Positions 10,099-18,939 of a DNA stretch of 64,000 nt are shown here, in pieces; position 1 is the first letter of the stretch; each line of letters starts with the position of its first letter. Position numbers and translations under genes: made by a program. This DNA comes from Acutalibacteraceae bacterium. GTDB lineage: Bacteria > Bacillota > Clostridia > Christensenellales > CAG-138. The stretch spans positions 9,079 through 73,078 of the forward strand of contig CAVIAA010000002.1 in assembly GCA_963640685.1 (NCBI GenBank). The letters are read 5' to 3'. Below the pieces are notes generated by a model, which saw only the letters and a list, made by a program, of their open reading frames with translations, ran no database searches and was not told the DNA's origin.

Positions 10099-10767
10099 AT
10101 GTTCGGCAAAAAGGAGCTTCAGAAGGAACTTGAGCAGAAGGAACAGCAGATTCAGGAGCTGAGCCGCAAGCTCAAGGAGTATCAGGAAAAAAACGATGCT
10201 GTCGTCAGTGCGCTGACCGATGCCAAGTCCGCTGCAAACCGCATATTGGGCGCAGCAGAGGCAAGACGCGATGAGATAATCGCAGCGGCGATGAAGGAGA
10301 AGGCAGAGCTTGAGACGCAGCGGGACGGAGTACTGGATAAGGCCAAGGCAGAGGCCGCCGCAATGATCGCCGAGGCGGAAACAAGGGCAAAGGAATACGA
10401 GAAAAAGGTCGAGTGCTTTCAAAATTACATCAAAAGCACTGCGGATATGGTGCGAAAGCAGGCTGAAAATTACGCGGACTTCCTTGAAAACTACGAGCAT
10501 CTCGGCGCCGGCGCGACTGTGGAATCGGATGCTGCCCCGAGCGAATACAAAAACCCCGCGGAGCTCATAAAGAGCATATACAACATCGAGGGGCGTGACT
10601 TGCCCGTTGAGGCAAAGCAGCCGGAGAAGCAGGACGGCGGGGAGGAAAAGCTCTGGACTGTGGACGAGGTGGTAAGCGACGAAAAAGATGAGAAAGATGA
10701 AGCACCGGAAAACGGGCTGGATGCCGACCTTAATGACATACTCAACGATATAATGAAGCTGGATTGA
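10099..10767 (+). CDS. Coiled-coil protein of unknown function with acidic C-terminus
   Basis: 222-aa ORF with heptad-rich, Glu/Lys/Ala-rich sequence and RBS GGAGGA upstream. No family recognised with confidence. Confidence 0.6.
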   Translation: MFGKKELQKELEQKEQQIQELSRKLKEYQEKNDAVVSALTDAKSAANRILGAAEARRDEIIAAAMKEKAELETQRDGVLDKAKAEAAAMIAEAETRAKEYEKKVECFQNYIKSTADMVRKQAENYADFLENYEHLGAGATVESDAAPSEYKNPAELIKSIYNIEGRDLPVEAKQPEKQDGGEEKLWTVDEVVSDEKDEKDEAPENGLDADLNDILNDIMKLD

Positions 10768-10792
10768 CAGAACCGATATGCGGTGATATAAT
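10764..10792 (+). promoter_or_regulatory. Consensus sigma-A promoter driving the proS T-box leader
   Basis: TTGACA (10764-10769, overlapping the upstream stop codon), 17-nt spacer, TATAAT (10787-10792). Confidence 0.65.
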
Positions 10793-10799
10793 CTACGAT

Positions 10800-11020
10800 A
10801 TCTACGATAAAGGAGATTGCGGAAAGCCCGAGGCTTACGCGACCGCGGAAAGAGAGGCTGTCTCACCGGCTGAAAGGATGGCTGCGCGGCTTTGCATCGG
10901 TACCCGTTCCGTATTCCGCAGGGAGGAAATGCCCTGCCGCAGGAGAGCGTTAAAGCCAACCGAGAACCAATTAAGGTGGTACCGCGGATAAAAGCCGCCC
11001 TTATATTCAGGGCGGCTTTT
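10800..11020 (+). promoter_or_regulatory. T-box leader (tRNA-sensing riboswitch) upstream of proS
   Basis: Conserved T-box sequence AACCAATTAAGGTGGTACCGCGG (10966-10987). It is followed immediately by the terminator AAAGCCGCCC / GGGCGGCTTT (10991-11019) and T-run. A GAAAGAGAGG (AGAGA-like) element lies in the stem I region. Confidence 0.85.
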
Positions 11021-11059
11021 AATATGTAAAATCAATTTTACTGAAATATGGAGGAAATT

Positions 11060-12505
11060 ATGGCAAAGAAAGAAAACGAGTTCGTACAGGAGATCACCCC
11101 CCGCGATGTGGATTTTGCGAAGTGGTATACCGACATCGTCCTCAAGACCGATATGTGCGACTATACCGACGTTCGCGGCTGTATGGCGATAAAGCCTTAC
11201 GGCTATGCCATATGGGAGCTGATGCAGCACGAGATGGACTGGCGCTATAAGGAGACCGGCCACCAGAACGCATACTTCCCTCTGCTGATTCCCGAAAGCA
11301 TGCTGATGAAGGAAGCAGAGCATGTAGAAGGCTTCGCGCCTGAGGTAGCGTGGGTAACGCAGGGAGGCAGCGAGGTGCTTCAGGAGCGCCTTGCAATACG
11401 CCCAACCAGCGAAACCATAATCGGCACCATGTATTCCAAGTGGATACAGTCCTACCGTGATCTGCCGGTTCTTATGAACCAGTGGTGCAACGTAATGCGC
11501 TGGGAAAAGAGCACCCGCCCCTTCCTCCGCACATCGGAGTTCCTCTGGCAGGAGGGCCACACCGCCCACGCCACCCATGAGGAGGCGCAGGAGGAGACCA
11601 TCAAGATGCTTAACGTATACTACGACTGCATGACAAAGGCCCTAGCGATCCCCGTAATACGCGGGCAGAAGAGCGAGAGCGAACGTTTTGCGGGCGCTGA
11701 GGCGACTTACACCCTTGAGGCGCTCATGCACGACGGCAAGGCGCTGCAAATGGGCACCTCACACAACCTGTCCGATCACTTTGCGAGGAGCTATGATATC
11801 AAGTACCTGAGCAAGGAAGGCAAGCAGGAGTACTGCTTCACCACATCTTGGGGCACTTCTACACGTATGATCGGCGGCGTTATAATGGTTCACGGCGATG
11901 ACCGCGGCCTCAAGCTGCCCCCCAAGATAGCGCCCATTCAGGTAGTTATACTGCCAATAGCTATGCATAAGCCCGGCGTTATGGAAAAGGCCGATGAGCT
12001 GTTCAGGGAAATAAAGGCCGCAGGTCTTCGTGTAAAGCTGGACGACAGCGAGCAGAGCGCAGGCTGGAAGTTCAACCAGTGGGAGATGAAGGGCGTGCCC
12101 GCCCGCGTTGAGGTCGGCCCCCGCGATATCGAGAACGGCGTAGTGACCGTGGTTCGCCGCGATACACTTGAAAAGTTCACCATGCCCATAGAGGGGCTTG
12201 CGGATAACCTCGTCAAGCTCATGGACGACATACACGACACCATGTTCCAGATGGCGCTGGAGCACAGGCTTTCCCACACCACCCATGCGGAGAACTTCGG
12301 CGACTTCATGGACGGCGTGAAGAAGGGCTTTGTTAAGGCTCCTTGGTGCGGCGATCCCGATTGCGAGATGGAGATAAAGTGCGCTACCGGCGCTTCCACC
12401 CGCTGCAAGCCCATGGACGAGGACGTAAGCGTAAAGCCCGGCTGCAAGTGCGTGTTCTGCAACCGCGAGGCAAAGACCATGATGTACTTCGCAAGGGCAT
12501 ACTAA
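11060..12505 (+). CDS. proS: Proline--tRNA ligase, archaeal/eukaryotic-like type (no INS editing domain)
   Basis: 482 aa. N-terminus FAKWYTDIVLKTDMCDYTDVRGCMAIKPYGYAIWE, a C-terminal Cys cluster, and a terminal ...FARAY ending in Tyr, as in archaeal-type ProRS. ATG at 11060 follows GGAGGA. Confidence 0.95.
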   Translation: MAKKENEFVQEITPRDVDFAKWYTDIVLKTDMCDYTDVRGCMAIKPYGYAIWELMQHEMDWRYKETGHQNAYFPLLIPESMLMKEAEHVEGFAPEVAWVTQGGSEVLQERLAIRPTSETIIGTMYSKWIQSYRDLPVLMNQWCNVMRWEKSTRPFLRTSEFLWQEGHTAHATHEEAQEETIKMLNVYYDCMTKALAIPVIRGQKSESERFAGAEATYTLEALMHDGKALQMGTSHNLSDHFARSYDIKYLSKEGKQEYCFTTSWGTSTRMIGGVIMVHGDDRGLKLPPKIAPIQVVILPIAMHKPGVMEKADELFREIKAAGLRVKLDDSEQSAGWKFNQWEMKGVPARVEVGPRDIENGVVTVVRRDTLEKFTMPIEGLADNLVKLMDDIHDTMFQMALEHRLSHTTHAENFGDFMDGVKKGFVKAPWCGDPDCEMEIKCATGASTRCKPMDEDVSVKPGCKCVFCNREAKTMMYFARAY

Positions 12506-12533
12506 TACAAATACAAAAAAAGCTTAGAAATCG

Positions 12534-12570
12534 CAGGCTGCCGTGTTTTATCGGCAGCCTGTTTATATTT
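12534..12570 (+). terminator. Rho-independent terminator after proS
   Basis: CAGGCTGCCG (12534-12543) pairs with CGGCAGCCTG (12552-12561), followed by TTTATATTT. Confidence 0.75.
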
Positions 12571-12610
12571 GCCGCTTTACAGGAGTTGCTGGTGGTGGTA
12601 TCATATTAAA

Positions 12611-12624
12611 CGAACAAACGTTCG
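12611..12624. promoter_or_regulatory. LexA (DinR) SOS box upstream of dinB
   Basis: Perfect palindrome CGAACAAACGTTCG matches the Firmicute Cheo box GAAC-N4-GTTC. It lies 22 nt upstream of the dinB ATG. Confidence 0.75.
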
Positions 12625-12646
12625 TAAATGGCGCAGAGGGACGTAT

Positions 12647-13849
12647 ATGATACTTCACGTTGATATGAACTGCTTTTATGCAAGCTGCGCCATAGCGAAG
12701 AGCGAGGGAAAATATAACAGCTCAATGTCGCTGGCCGTGGCGGGTGACCCCGAAAGGCGGCACGGAATAATACTTGCGGCAACATACCCGGCAAAGGTCT
12801 TTGGAATACGCGCGGGTATGCCGCTTTGGGAAGCAAAGACGCGCTGCCCGGAGCTTATTGTGGTGCCGGCGGATTATAGGGCATATATGGATTATTCGGA
12901 CAGGTTTATGGCCATAATGTCCAGATATTCGCCGCTGATATCCCGCTTCGGCATAGATGAGGCATATATGGATTACGGCGGCTGCGAGGGGCTTTTCGGC
13001 TCACCGGAAAGGGCCGCGAATACGATACGGGAGCGGGTGAAGCGCGAGCTCGACCTTACGGTGTCCGTCGGCATAGGCCGCAACCCGCTCAGAGCCAAGA
13101 TGGGCTCGGATTACAAAAAACCGGACGCGGTGACCTACCTTGACGACGAAGCGTGGAAGAGGCTGATATGGCCCAAGCCGGTAGAGGAGCTCATGTACGT
13201 GGGCAGGGCAACAGGACGAAGACTCCGCGGCCTCGGCATATGCACCATAGAGCAGCTGGCTCATGCCTCGTCGGTAATGCTCATGGGAGTGTTCGGTTCC
13301 GTTGGGAGAGAGCTTTGGGAACACGCAAACGGCATCGATGAGAGAAAAATAACCGGCGTAACGCCGCCGCAAAAGTGCATCAGCCACTCGGCAACGCTGC
13401 CAAGGGATATATGGGAGCCTGCGGATATAGCCGGAGCGGTGCTCTACCAAACCGAGAGGGTCGCGTTTAAGCTGCGTGAAATGGGCCGCTTGGGCAGGGT
13501 GGTCGGGGTACATCTGAAATACAGCGACCTTTCAAACGAGGGCAGGCAGACGACGCTGGAGCGGCCTACGGATATAACCGATGAGCTCTACGGCGCGGCA
13601 AAGGGGCTTATTGCGGAGATGACGGCGAAAAAGCCGGTTCGTCAGGTTGGCGTAAGCGTGAGCGGGCTGACTGTGGGCCCGGAGCAGATCACTCTTTTTG
13701 ACGGAGCAAAGAGGCAAAAGCAGCACGCCATAGACGCTGCAGCGGACAGTATACGCAAGCGTTATGGCTCTCATAGCCTTATGCGGGCGAGAACTATGTG
13801 CTTTGATTACGATCCAAAGGAGGATTTCACCCCATTTACGCGGGGTTGA
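12647..13849 (+). CDS. dinB: DNA polymerase IV (Y-family translesion polymerase)
   Basis: MILHVDMNCFYASCA...FGIDEAYMD are typical UmuC/DinB catalytic motifs. ATG at 12647 is preferred over the longer track ORF because that ORF would run through the LexA box. Confidence 0.9.
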   Translation: MILHVDMNCFYASCAIAKSEGKYNSSMSLAVAGDPERRHGIILAATYPAKVFGIRAGMPLWEAKTRCPELIVVPADYRAYMDYSDRFMAIMSRYSPLISRFGIDEAYMDYGGCEGLFGSPERAANTIRERVKRELDLTVSVGIGRNPLRAKMGSDYKKPDAVTYLDDEAWKRLIWPKPVEELMYVGRATGRRLRGLGICTIEQLAHASSVMLMGVFGSVGRELWEHANGIDERKITGVTPPQKCISHSATLPRDIWEPADIAGAVLYQTERVAFKLREMGRLGRVVGVHLKYSDLSNEGRQTTLERPTDITDELYGAAKGLIAEMTAKKPVRQVGVSVSGLTVGPEQITLFDGAKRQKQHAIDAAADSIRKRYGSHSLMRARTMCFDYDPKEDFTPFTRG

Positions 13850-13993
13850 CGGTTATTGTTCACATTGACGGGCTTTATTTAGGGGGATTTTTGGAGTATA
13901 ATAAGTGAAGTGCCGAGAATGCGGCAGGGGCGTAAGCGCCTGTGCCGCGCTTTTAGCGCACGGCATAACCTGAAAAATCTGGAGGAACATAAT

Positions 13994-14965
13994 ATGGAGA
14001 ATCCAAGCAGGGTAGCCTTTACTCTGTTCGGTCACGATGTGTATTGGTACGGCGTACTTATGGCCGTGGGCATACTTGTAGGCGTTTGGCTTGCGCTCAA
14101 GGAAGGCAAGCGCAAGGGGCTGACGGAGGATGACATACTGGATATGTGCCTCGTCATCATTCCCTCCGGCGTTGTTGGCGCAAGGCTTTATTATGTCATA
14201 TTCGAATGGGCAAGCTATGCAGCCGACCCGATAAGGGCGCTGTATGTATGGGAAGGCGGGCTTGCGATATATGGCGCCGTAATAGGCGGCCTTTTGGGAA
14301 TGTTTATATACTCAAGGGTAAAGAAGCTGCGCTTCCTGAAGCTGGCGGACTGCATTGCCCCGGGTCTCGTGCTGGCGCAGTCGATAGGGCGCTGGGGAAA
14401 CTTCTTTAACCAGGAAGCGTTTGGGCTGCCGATAAATAACGGCGAGCTGACGTGGTTTCCCTTTGCAGTGTATATAGATCACGCGCATACCTTCAACGGG
14501 CAGGCCTGTTCCAATCCGTATCATATGGCTACGTTCTTTTATGAATCGGTATGGTGCCTGATAGTCTTTATAATACTCTGGAGCTGCCGCAAAAAGTTTA
14601 AGCACGACGGCGATGCGATATTTACATATGCGGGGCTGTATGGCTTTGAGCGCATGTTCGTTGAGCAGCTCAGGGGAGACAGCCTGTACATCATAAAACC
14701 GGGCAGCTTTATAGCCTCCGGCGTTAGGGTGTCCGAGGCGCTGAGCTTTATGGTCGTTATCGCGGTGGTGATATTCTTTGCCGTAAGGCGGGCGAAGGAG
14801 AAAAAGCTGGGCAGGCTGATATGGCCGGCGCCGGAGGAAGCGCTTGGCGATGCGCAGGAGACAGAGGGGACTGAAGACGCACCGGCCGGTGAAGCGGAGG
14901 CACCTGCGGACACGGCTGAAAAAGCGGCGGACGGCGCGGCGGAAAAGACTGAGGACGAGCAGTAG
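13994..14965 (+). CDS. lgt: Prolipoprotein diacylglyceryl transferase with acidic C-terminal tail
   Basis: Lgt signature GRWGNFFNQEAFG and a multi-TM profile. ATG at 13994 follows GGAGGA. About 45 aa of Glu/Ala-rich C-terminal extension. Confidence 0.92.
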   Translation: MENPSRVAFTLFGHDVYWYGVLMAVGILVGVWLALKEGKRKGLTEDDILDMCLVIIPSGVVGARLYYVIFEWASYAADPIRALYVWEGGLAIYGAVIGGLLGMFIYSRVKKLRFLKLADCIAPGLVLAQSIGRWGNFFNQEAFGLPINNGELTWFPFAVYIDHAHTFNGQACSNPYHMATFFYESVWCLIVFIILWSCRKKFKHDGDAIFTYAGLYGFERMFVEQLRGDSLYIIKPGSFIASGVRVSEALSFMVVIAVVIFFAVRRAKEKKLGRLIWPAPEEALGDAQETEGTEDAPAGEAEAPADTAEKAADGAAEKTEDEQ

Positions 14966-14991
14966 TATTTTAAACGTTGGGGGACTGAAAA

Positions 14992-16443
14992 ATGCGAAAT
15001 CTTACCATGATGACCGACCTTTACCAGCTCACCATGATGTACGGCTACCACAAATTCGGCATGGAAAAGAACCAGGCGGTATTCGATGTGTTCTTCAGAA
15101 CGAATATGCCGAACAGCGGCTATACCATAATGGCGGGGCTGGATACTGCGATGGAGTACATAAACGACCTGCACTTTTCGCCGGAGGATATAGAATATCT
15201 CCGCAGCCTGAAGCTCTTTGACGAGGATTTTCTTTCGGTGCTGCGCGATATGCACTTTACCGGAGAGATATATGCCATACCCGAGGGAACGCCGGTTTTT
15301 CCGTATGAGCCGCTGATAAGGGTAAAGGCGCCGATAATGGAGGCGCAGCTCATCGAAACTGCGCTGCTGAATATCATCAACCACCAGACGCTTATCGCTA
15401 CAAAGGCCAGCCGCGTGGTGTACGCCGCGGATGGCGGCGCCGTGCTGGAGTTTGGCTTGCGCCGCGCGCAGGGGCCGGATGCCGGCACATACGGTGCGAG
15501 GGCGGCGATAATAGGCGGCTGCAGCTCCACCAGCAACGTGCTGGCGGGTCAGCTTTACGATGTTGCAATAGCGGGCACACATGCGCACAGCTGGGTAATG
15601 AGCTTTCCGAGCGAGCTGGATGCCTTCAGGGCATATGCCGACATATTCCCGGATTCATGCATGCTGCTTGTGGATACCTACGATACGCTCAAGTCCGGCG
15701 TGCCGAATGCCATAAAGGTGTTTGACGAGCTGAAGGCAAAGGGGCATAAGCCGGTCGGCATAAGGCTGGATAGCGGCGATTTGGCCTATTTCTCCAAGGA
15801 AGCGAGAAAGATGCTGGATGCGGCGGGGCATGAGGATGCCCGAATATTCGCCTCAAGCGACCTCGACGAATACGTCATAAGGGAGCTCAAGGCTCAGGGT
15901 GCAAGGATAGACGTGTGGGGCGTCGGCACAAAGATGATCACGTCATATGACTGGCCGGCTCTCGGCGGCGTATACAAAATGTCTGCCGAGGTCGTGAATG
16001 GGGAAATGACGCCCAAAATAAAGATAAGCGAAAACCCCGCAAAGGTCACCAACCCGGGCTATAAGAAGATATTCAGGCTGTACGGCAGGCAGGACGGCAT
16101 GGCGCTTGCGGACATAATAGCGCTGGACGACGAAACGATAGACGAGACAAAGCCACTGAAGCTGTATAACCCCAACCACACCTACCAGACAAAGGTGCTA
16201 AGGGATTTCTATGCGCGAGAGCTGCTGGTGCCGGTGTTTATAGACGGCAAGCAGGTGTATCAGAGCCCGAGCGTGTGTGAAATAAGGGAATACAGCAAAA
16301 AGGAGCTTGCGGCCTTCTGGGAGGAATACCGCAGGATAATCAATCCGCATGCCTATAAGGTGGACATTTCGGATAGGCTGTATAACCTGAAAAAGGAGCT
16401 CATACACGCCAACAGGGAGGAATATGAGCAGGAGGATTGCTAA
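14992..16443 (+). CDS. pncB: Nicotinate phosphoribosyltransferase
   Basis: MMTDLYQLTMMYGYHKFG N-terminus and full-length NAPRTase-like sequence. Confidence 0.92.
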   Translation: MRNLTMMTDLYQLTMMYGYHKFGMEKNQAVFDVFFRTNMPNSGYTIMAGLDTAMEYINDLHFSPEDIEYLRSLKLFDEDFLSVLRDMHFTGEIYAIPEGTPVFPYEPLIRVKAPIMEAQLIETALLNIINHQTLIATKASRVVYAADGGAVLEFGLRRAQGPDAGTYGARAAIIGGCSSTSNVLAGQLYDVAIAGTHAHSWVMSFPSELDAFRAYADIFPDSCMLLVDTYDTLKSGVPNAIKVFDELKAKGHKPVGIRLDSGDLAYFSKEARKMLDAAGHEDARIFASSDLDEYVIRELKAQGARIDVWGVGTKMITSYDWPALGGVYKMSAEVVNGEMTPKIKISENPAKVTNPGYKKIFRLYGRQDGMALADIIALDDETIDETKPLKLYNPNHTYQTKVLRDFYARELLVPVFIDGKQVYQSPSVCEIREYSKKELAAFWEEYRRIINPHAYKVDISDRLYNLKKELIHANREEYEQEDC

Positions 16444-16957
16444 GCTGATAGCGGCGGCAGCAGCTTGCCTGCTGCTCTCGGGCTGCGTAGATACCGGTGC
16501 GAGGATAGACCCTTCTATTACGATACCGCCGGAGCCTACCGCTGTGCCGGAGGCAACGCCGGAGCCAACGCCAACGCCTGTGCCGATAGAGGAGATGGCC
16601 GACCTGAGCAGCGCATACGACAAAAACGGTGCGTTGATAGACGGGGAAGATCACTTTCAGCAGTATATCTCATTTAGAAATATTCAAGTGTACGAGCAGT
16701 GCGGCAGTACCTTTATGGACGCGATAGCGGTGAACGACTACCCGGATACGCTGGTGTGCGCGCTTAATATAGCCTTTTTGGATGAAGACGGAGAGACCGT
16801 TGTGACCGGCCGCGTGCAAACGAGGGACGGACAGTATGTGCTGCGGCTGGCTAACGGCGAAAATACGCTGTTTGCCCAGATAGATACAGATATGACGCTG
16901 ACTGATAAGGAATTCAGGCTTGAGTTCAGCCCGGAGCTGAACGTTTTGCCGGAATGA
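16424..16957 (+). CDS. Lipoprotein of unknown function
   Basis: Signal peptide plus lipobox LLLSGC, then a Pro/Thr/Glu linker. Overlaps the pncB 3' end by 20 nt. Confidence 0.6.
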   Translation: MSRRIAKLIAAAAACLLLSGCVDTGARIDPSITIPPEPTAVPEATPEPTPTPVPIEEMADLSSAYDKNGALIDGEDHFQQYISFRNIQVYEQCGSTFMDAIAVNDYPDTLVCALNIAFLDEDGETVVTGRVQTRDGQYVLRLANGENTLFAQIDTDMTLTDKEFRLEFSPELNVLPE

Positions 16958-17247
16958 CGGAAAGAGGACTGATGGATTACAAAAAAAGCCACAAAATACT
17001 GTGGATATGCCTTGTAGGGGCGCTTGTGCTCTCAATAGTTAACTGCGTGCTCGCGTATATAAACGAGAGCGCTGCCATATTCAGCATAGCCGTTGCCGTG
17101 CTCATAGCGGGGGGCGGGATAGTGCAGGCCATAAGGTTTTTCCGCTGCCCATACTGCGGCTGCAACCTTTACCTCTGGGGGCAGGGGCGTATGCCGGAGT
17201 TCTGCCCGGAGTGCGGCGGAAGGCTGAAGCAGCCCAAGGCGGAGTGA
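16954..17247 (+). CDS. Small two-TM membrane protein with C-terminal zinc-ribbon (CPYC...CPEC)
   Basis: 97 aa with two hydrophobic helices, then CPYCGCNLYLWGQGRMPEFCPECGG. ATGA overlap with the upstream lipoprotein gene. Confidence 0.55.
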   Translation: MTERGLMDYKKSHKILWICLVGALVLSIVNCVLAYINESAAIFSIAVAVLIAGGGIVQAIRFFRCPYCGCNLYLWGQGRMPEFCPECGGRLKQPKAE

Positions 17248-17275
17248 AAAGCCGAGAAGCGATGCTCTAAAGCCA

Positions 17276-17304
17276 TTGACACGGAAAATATCATTTGATA
17301 TAGT
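17276..17304 (+). promoter_or_regulatory. Consensus sigma-A promoter for the SCIFF precursor gene
   Basis: TTGACA (17276-17281), 17-nt spacer, TATAGT (17299-17304). Confidence 0.7.
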
Positions 17305-17352
17305 ATCTTAGAGCAGTAGTAAACCTAAACCTTACAGAATGGAGATAAAGCA

Positions 17353-17499
17353 ATGGAAAGAATCAAGACTATCGTTACCCGCGACCTGTGTGAGAGCGCC
17401 AAGAACGGCGGCTGCGGCGAGTGCCAGACCTCTTGCCAGTCCGCCTGCAAGACGAGCTGCGGCGTGGCCAACCAGAAGTGCGAGAATAAGAATAACTAA
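17353..17499 (+). CDS. SCIFF (six-cysteines-in-forty-five) ranthipeptide precursor peptide
   Basis: A 48-codon ORF that is not in the supplied track: MERIKTIVTRDLCESAKNGGCGECQTSCQSACKTSCGVANQKCENKNN. The GGCGECQTSCQSACKTSC core is the SCIFF family signature. RBS GGAGA lies 7 nt upstream, and the cognate radical SAM gene follows directly. Confidence 0.9.
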   Translation: MERIKTIVTRDLCESAKNGGCGECQTSCQSACKTSCGVANQKCENKNN

Positions 17500-17515
17500 A
17501 ATCGGCAGATAAGTT

Positions 17516-17544
17516 TGCCGCCTGTGCTCAGGCGGCAGTTTTTA
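17516..17544 (+). terminator. Intrinsic terminator/attenuator between precursor and maturase genes
   Basis: 9-bp GC-rich stem TGCCGCCTG (17516-17524) / CAGGCGGCA (17529-17537), 4-nt loop, then GTTTTTA. The maturase RBS AGGAG is at 17551. Confidence 0.7.
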
Positions 17545-17562
17545 TGTATAAGGAGATACAGA

Positions 17563-18939
17563 ATGGTTCATCAGTACAAGCTCAACGGTTATAACATAGT
17601 GCTGGATTCCTGCTCGGGCTCTATCCACTCGGTGGATGATGTGGCGTATGACGTAATAGCCATGTTTGAGGAGCACAGCTCGGAGGAGATCGCAGCGGCG
17701 ATATGCGACAAATATTCAGACCGGGACGACGTTACCCATGATGAAGTCTTAGCCTGCGTTGAGGATGTACGCGCCCTCAGGGATGCGGGCAAGCTGTTCA
17801 CGCCGGATACATTTTCAGAGCTTGCAGGAACATTCAAGGCGCGCTCCGGCAACGTCATAAAGGCGCTTTGCCTGCACGTTGCCCATACCTGCAACCTGAA
17901 CTGCGCCTATTGCTTTGCAAGCCAGGGCAAGTATCACGGTGAGCGTGCGCTGATGAGCCTTGAGGTCGGCAAGCGTGCGCTGGATTTTCTGATGGAAAAC
18001 TCCGGCAGCAGGAGAAACCTCGAAGTTGACTTCTTCGGCGGCGAGCCGCTGATGAACTGGGACGTAGTCAAGGAGCTCGTGAAATACGCAAGGAGCGTTG
18101 AAAAGGAGCGGGGCAAGAACTTCCGCTTTACGCTGACCACAAACGGGATGCTCATAGACGACGACGTTATAGATTTTGCGAACAAGGAAATGAGCAACGT
18201 CGTGCTTTCGTTGGATGGCCGCAAGGAGATAAACGATGCAACGCGGGTGGATTATGCGGGCAACGGCAGCTATGATCGCATAGTGCCAAAGTTTAAGCGG
18301 CTGGTGGAGGCTCGCGGCGGCAAGAATTATTATATGCGTGGCACGTTTACCCATGCCAATCCGGATTTCACAAACGATGTTTTCCATATGGCGGAGCTGG
18401 GCTTTACCGAGCTTAGTATGGAGCCTGTGATCTGCGCGCCGAGCGATCCCGCTGCCTTGACGACGGATGACCTTGAAACGGTAAAGGAGCAGTATGAGAT
18501 ACTCGCGCTGGATATGCTGCGGCGCAAAAAAGAGGGCAGGCCGATAACCTTCTATCACTATATGCTGGATCTTACCGGCGGCCCCTGCGTATATAAAAGG
18601 ATATCGGGCTGCGGCTCGGGTACCGAGTACATGGCGGTTACCCCTTGGGGCGATCTTTACCCCTGCCATCAGTTTGTCGGCGAGGAGAGCCTTAAGCTGG
18701 GGGATATATGGCACGGCGTTACCAACGAAGCGGTGCGAGATGAGTTCCGCTCCTGCAATGCCTATGCAAGAAAAGAGTGCGATAATTGCTGGGCGAGGCT
18801 GTATTGCTCCGGCGGCTGCGCGGCCAACGCCTACCACGCAACGGACAGCATACGCGGTATATACGAGGCGGGCTGCGAGCTTTTTAAAAAGCGCATAGAG
18901 TGTGCGATAATGATGAAGATCACGGAAGAAGATATGTGA
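17563..18939 (+). CDS. Radical SAM/SPASM thioether cross-link-forming SCIFF peptide maturase
   Basis: CNLNCAYC (CX3CX2C) radical SAM cluster, plus C-terminal SPASM cysteines (CGSGTEYMAVTPWGDLYPC, CDNCWARLYCSGGCAANA). N-terminus MVHQYKLNGYNIVLDSCSGSIHSVD is typical of SCIFF maturases. ATG at 17563 follows AGGAG. Confidence 0.9.
   Translation: MVHQYKLNGYNIVLDSCSGSIHSVDDVAYDVIAMFEEHSSEEIAAAICDKYSDRDDVTHDEVLACVEDVRALRDAGKLFTPDTFSELAGTFKARSGNVIKALCLHVAHTCNLNCAYCFASQGKYHGERALMSLEVGKRALDFLMENSGSRRNLEVDFFGGEPLMNWDVVKELVKYARSVEKERGKNFRFTLTTNGMLIDDDVIDFANKEMSNVVLSLDGRKEINDATRVDYAGNGSYDRIVPKFKRLVEARGGKNYYMRGTFTHANPDFTNDVFHMAELGFTELSMEPVICAPSDPAALTTDDLETVKEQYEILALDMLRRKKEGRPITFYHYMLDLTGGPCVYKRISGCGSGTEYMAVTPWGDLYPCHQFVGEESLKLGDIWHGVTNEAVRDEFRSCNAYARKECDNCWARLYCSGGCAANAYHATDSIRGIYEAGCELFKKRIECAIMMKITEEDM

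Noticed and set aside
13850-13993. Overlapping GC-rich hairpins between dinB and lgt, considered as a riboswitch or attenuator.
   Set aside because: The first hairpin plus GCTTTT is adequately explained as the dinB terminator. I recognise no conserved riboswitch motif, and the alternative pairings are imperfect.
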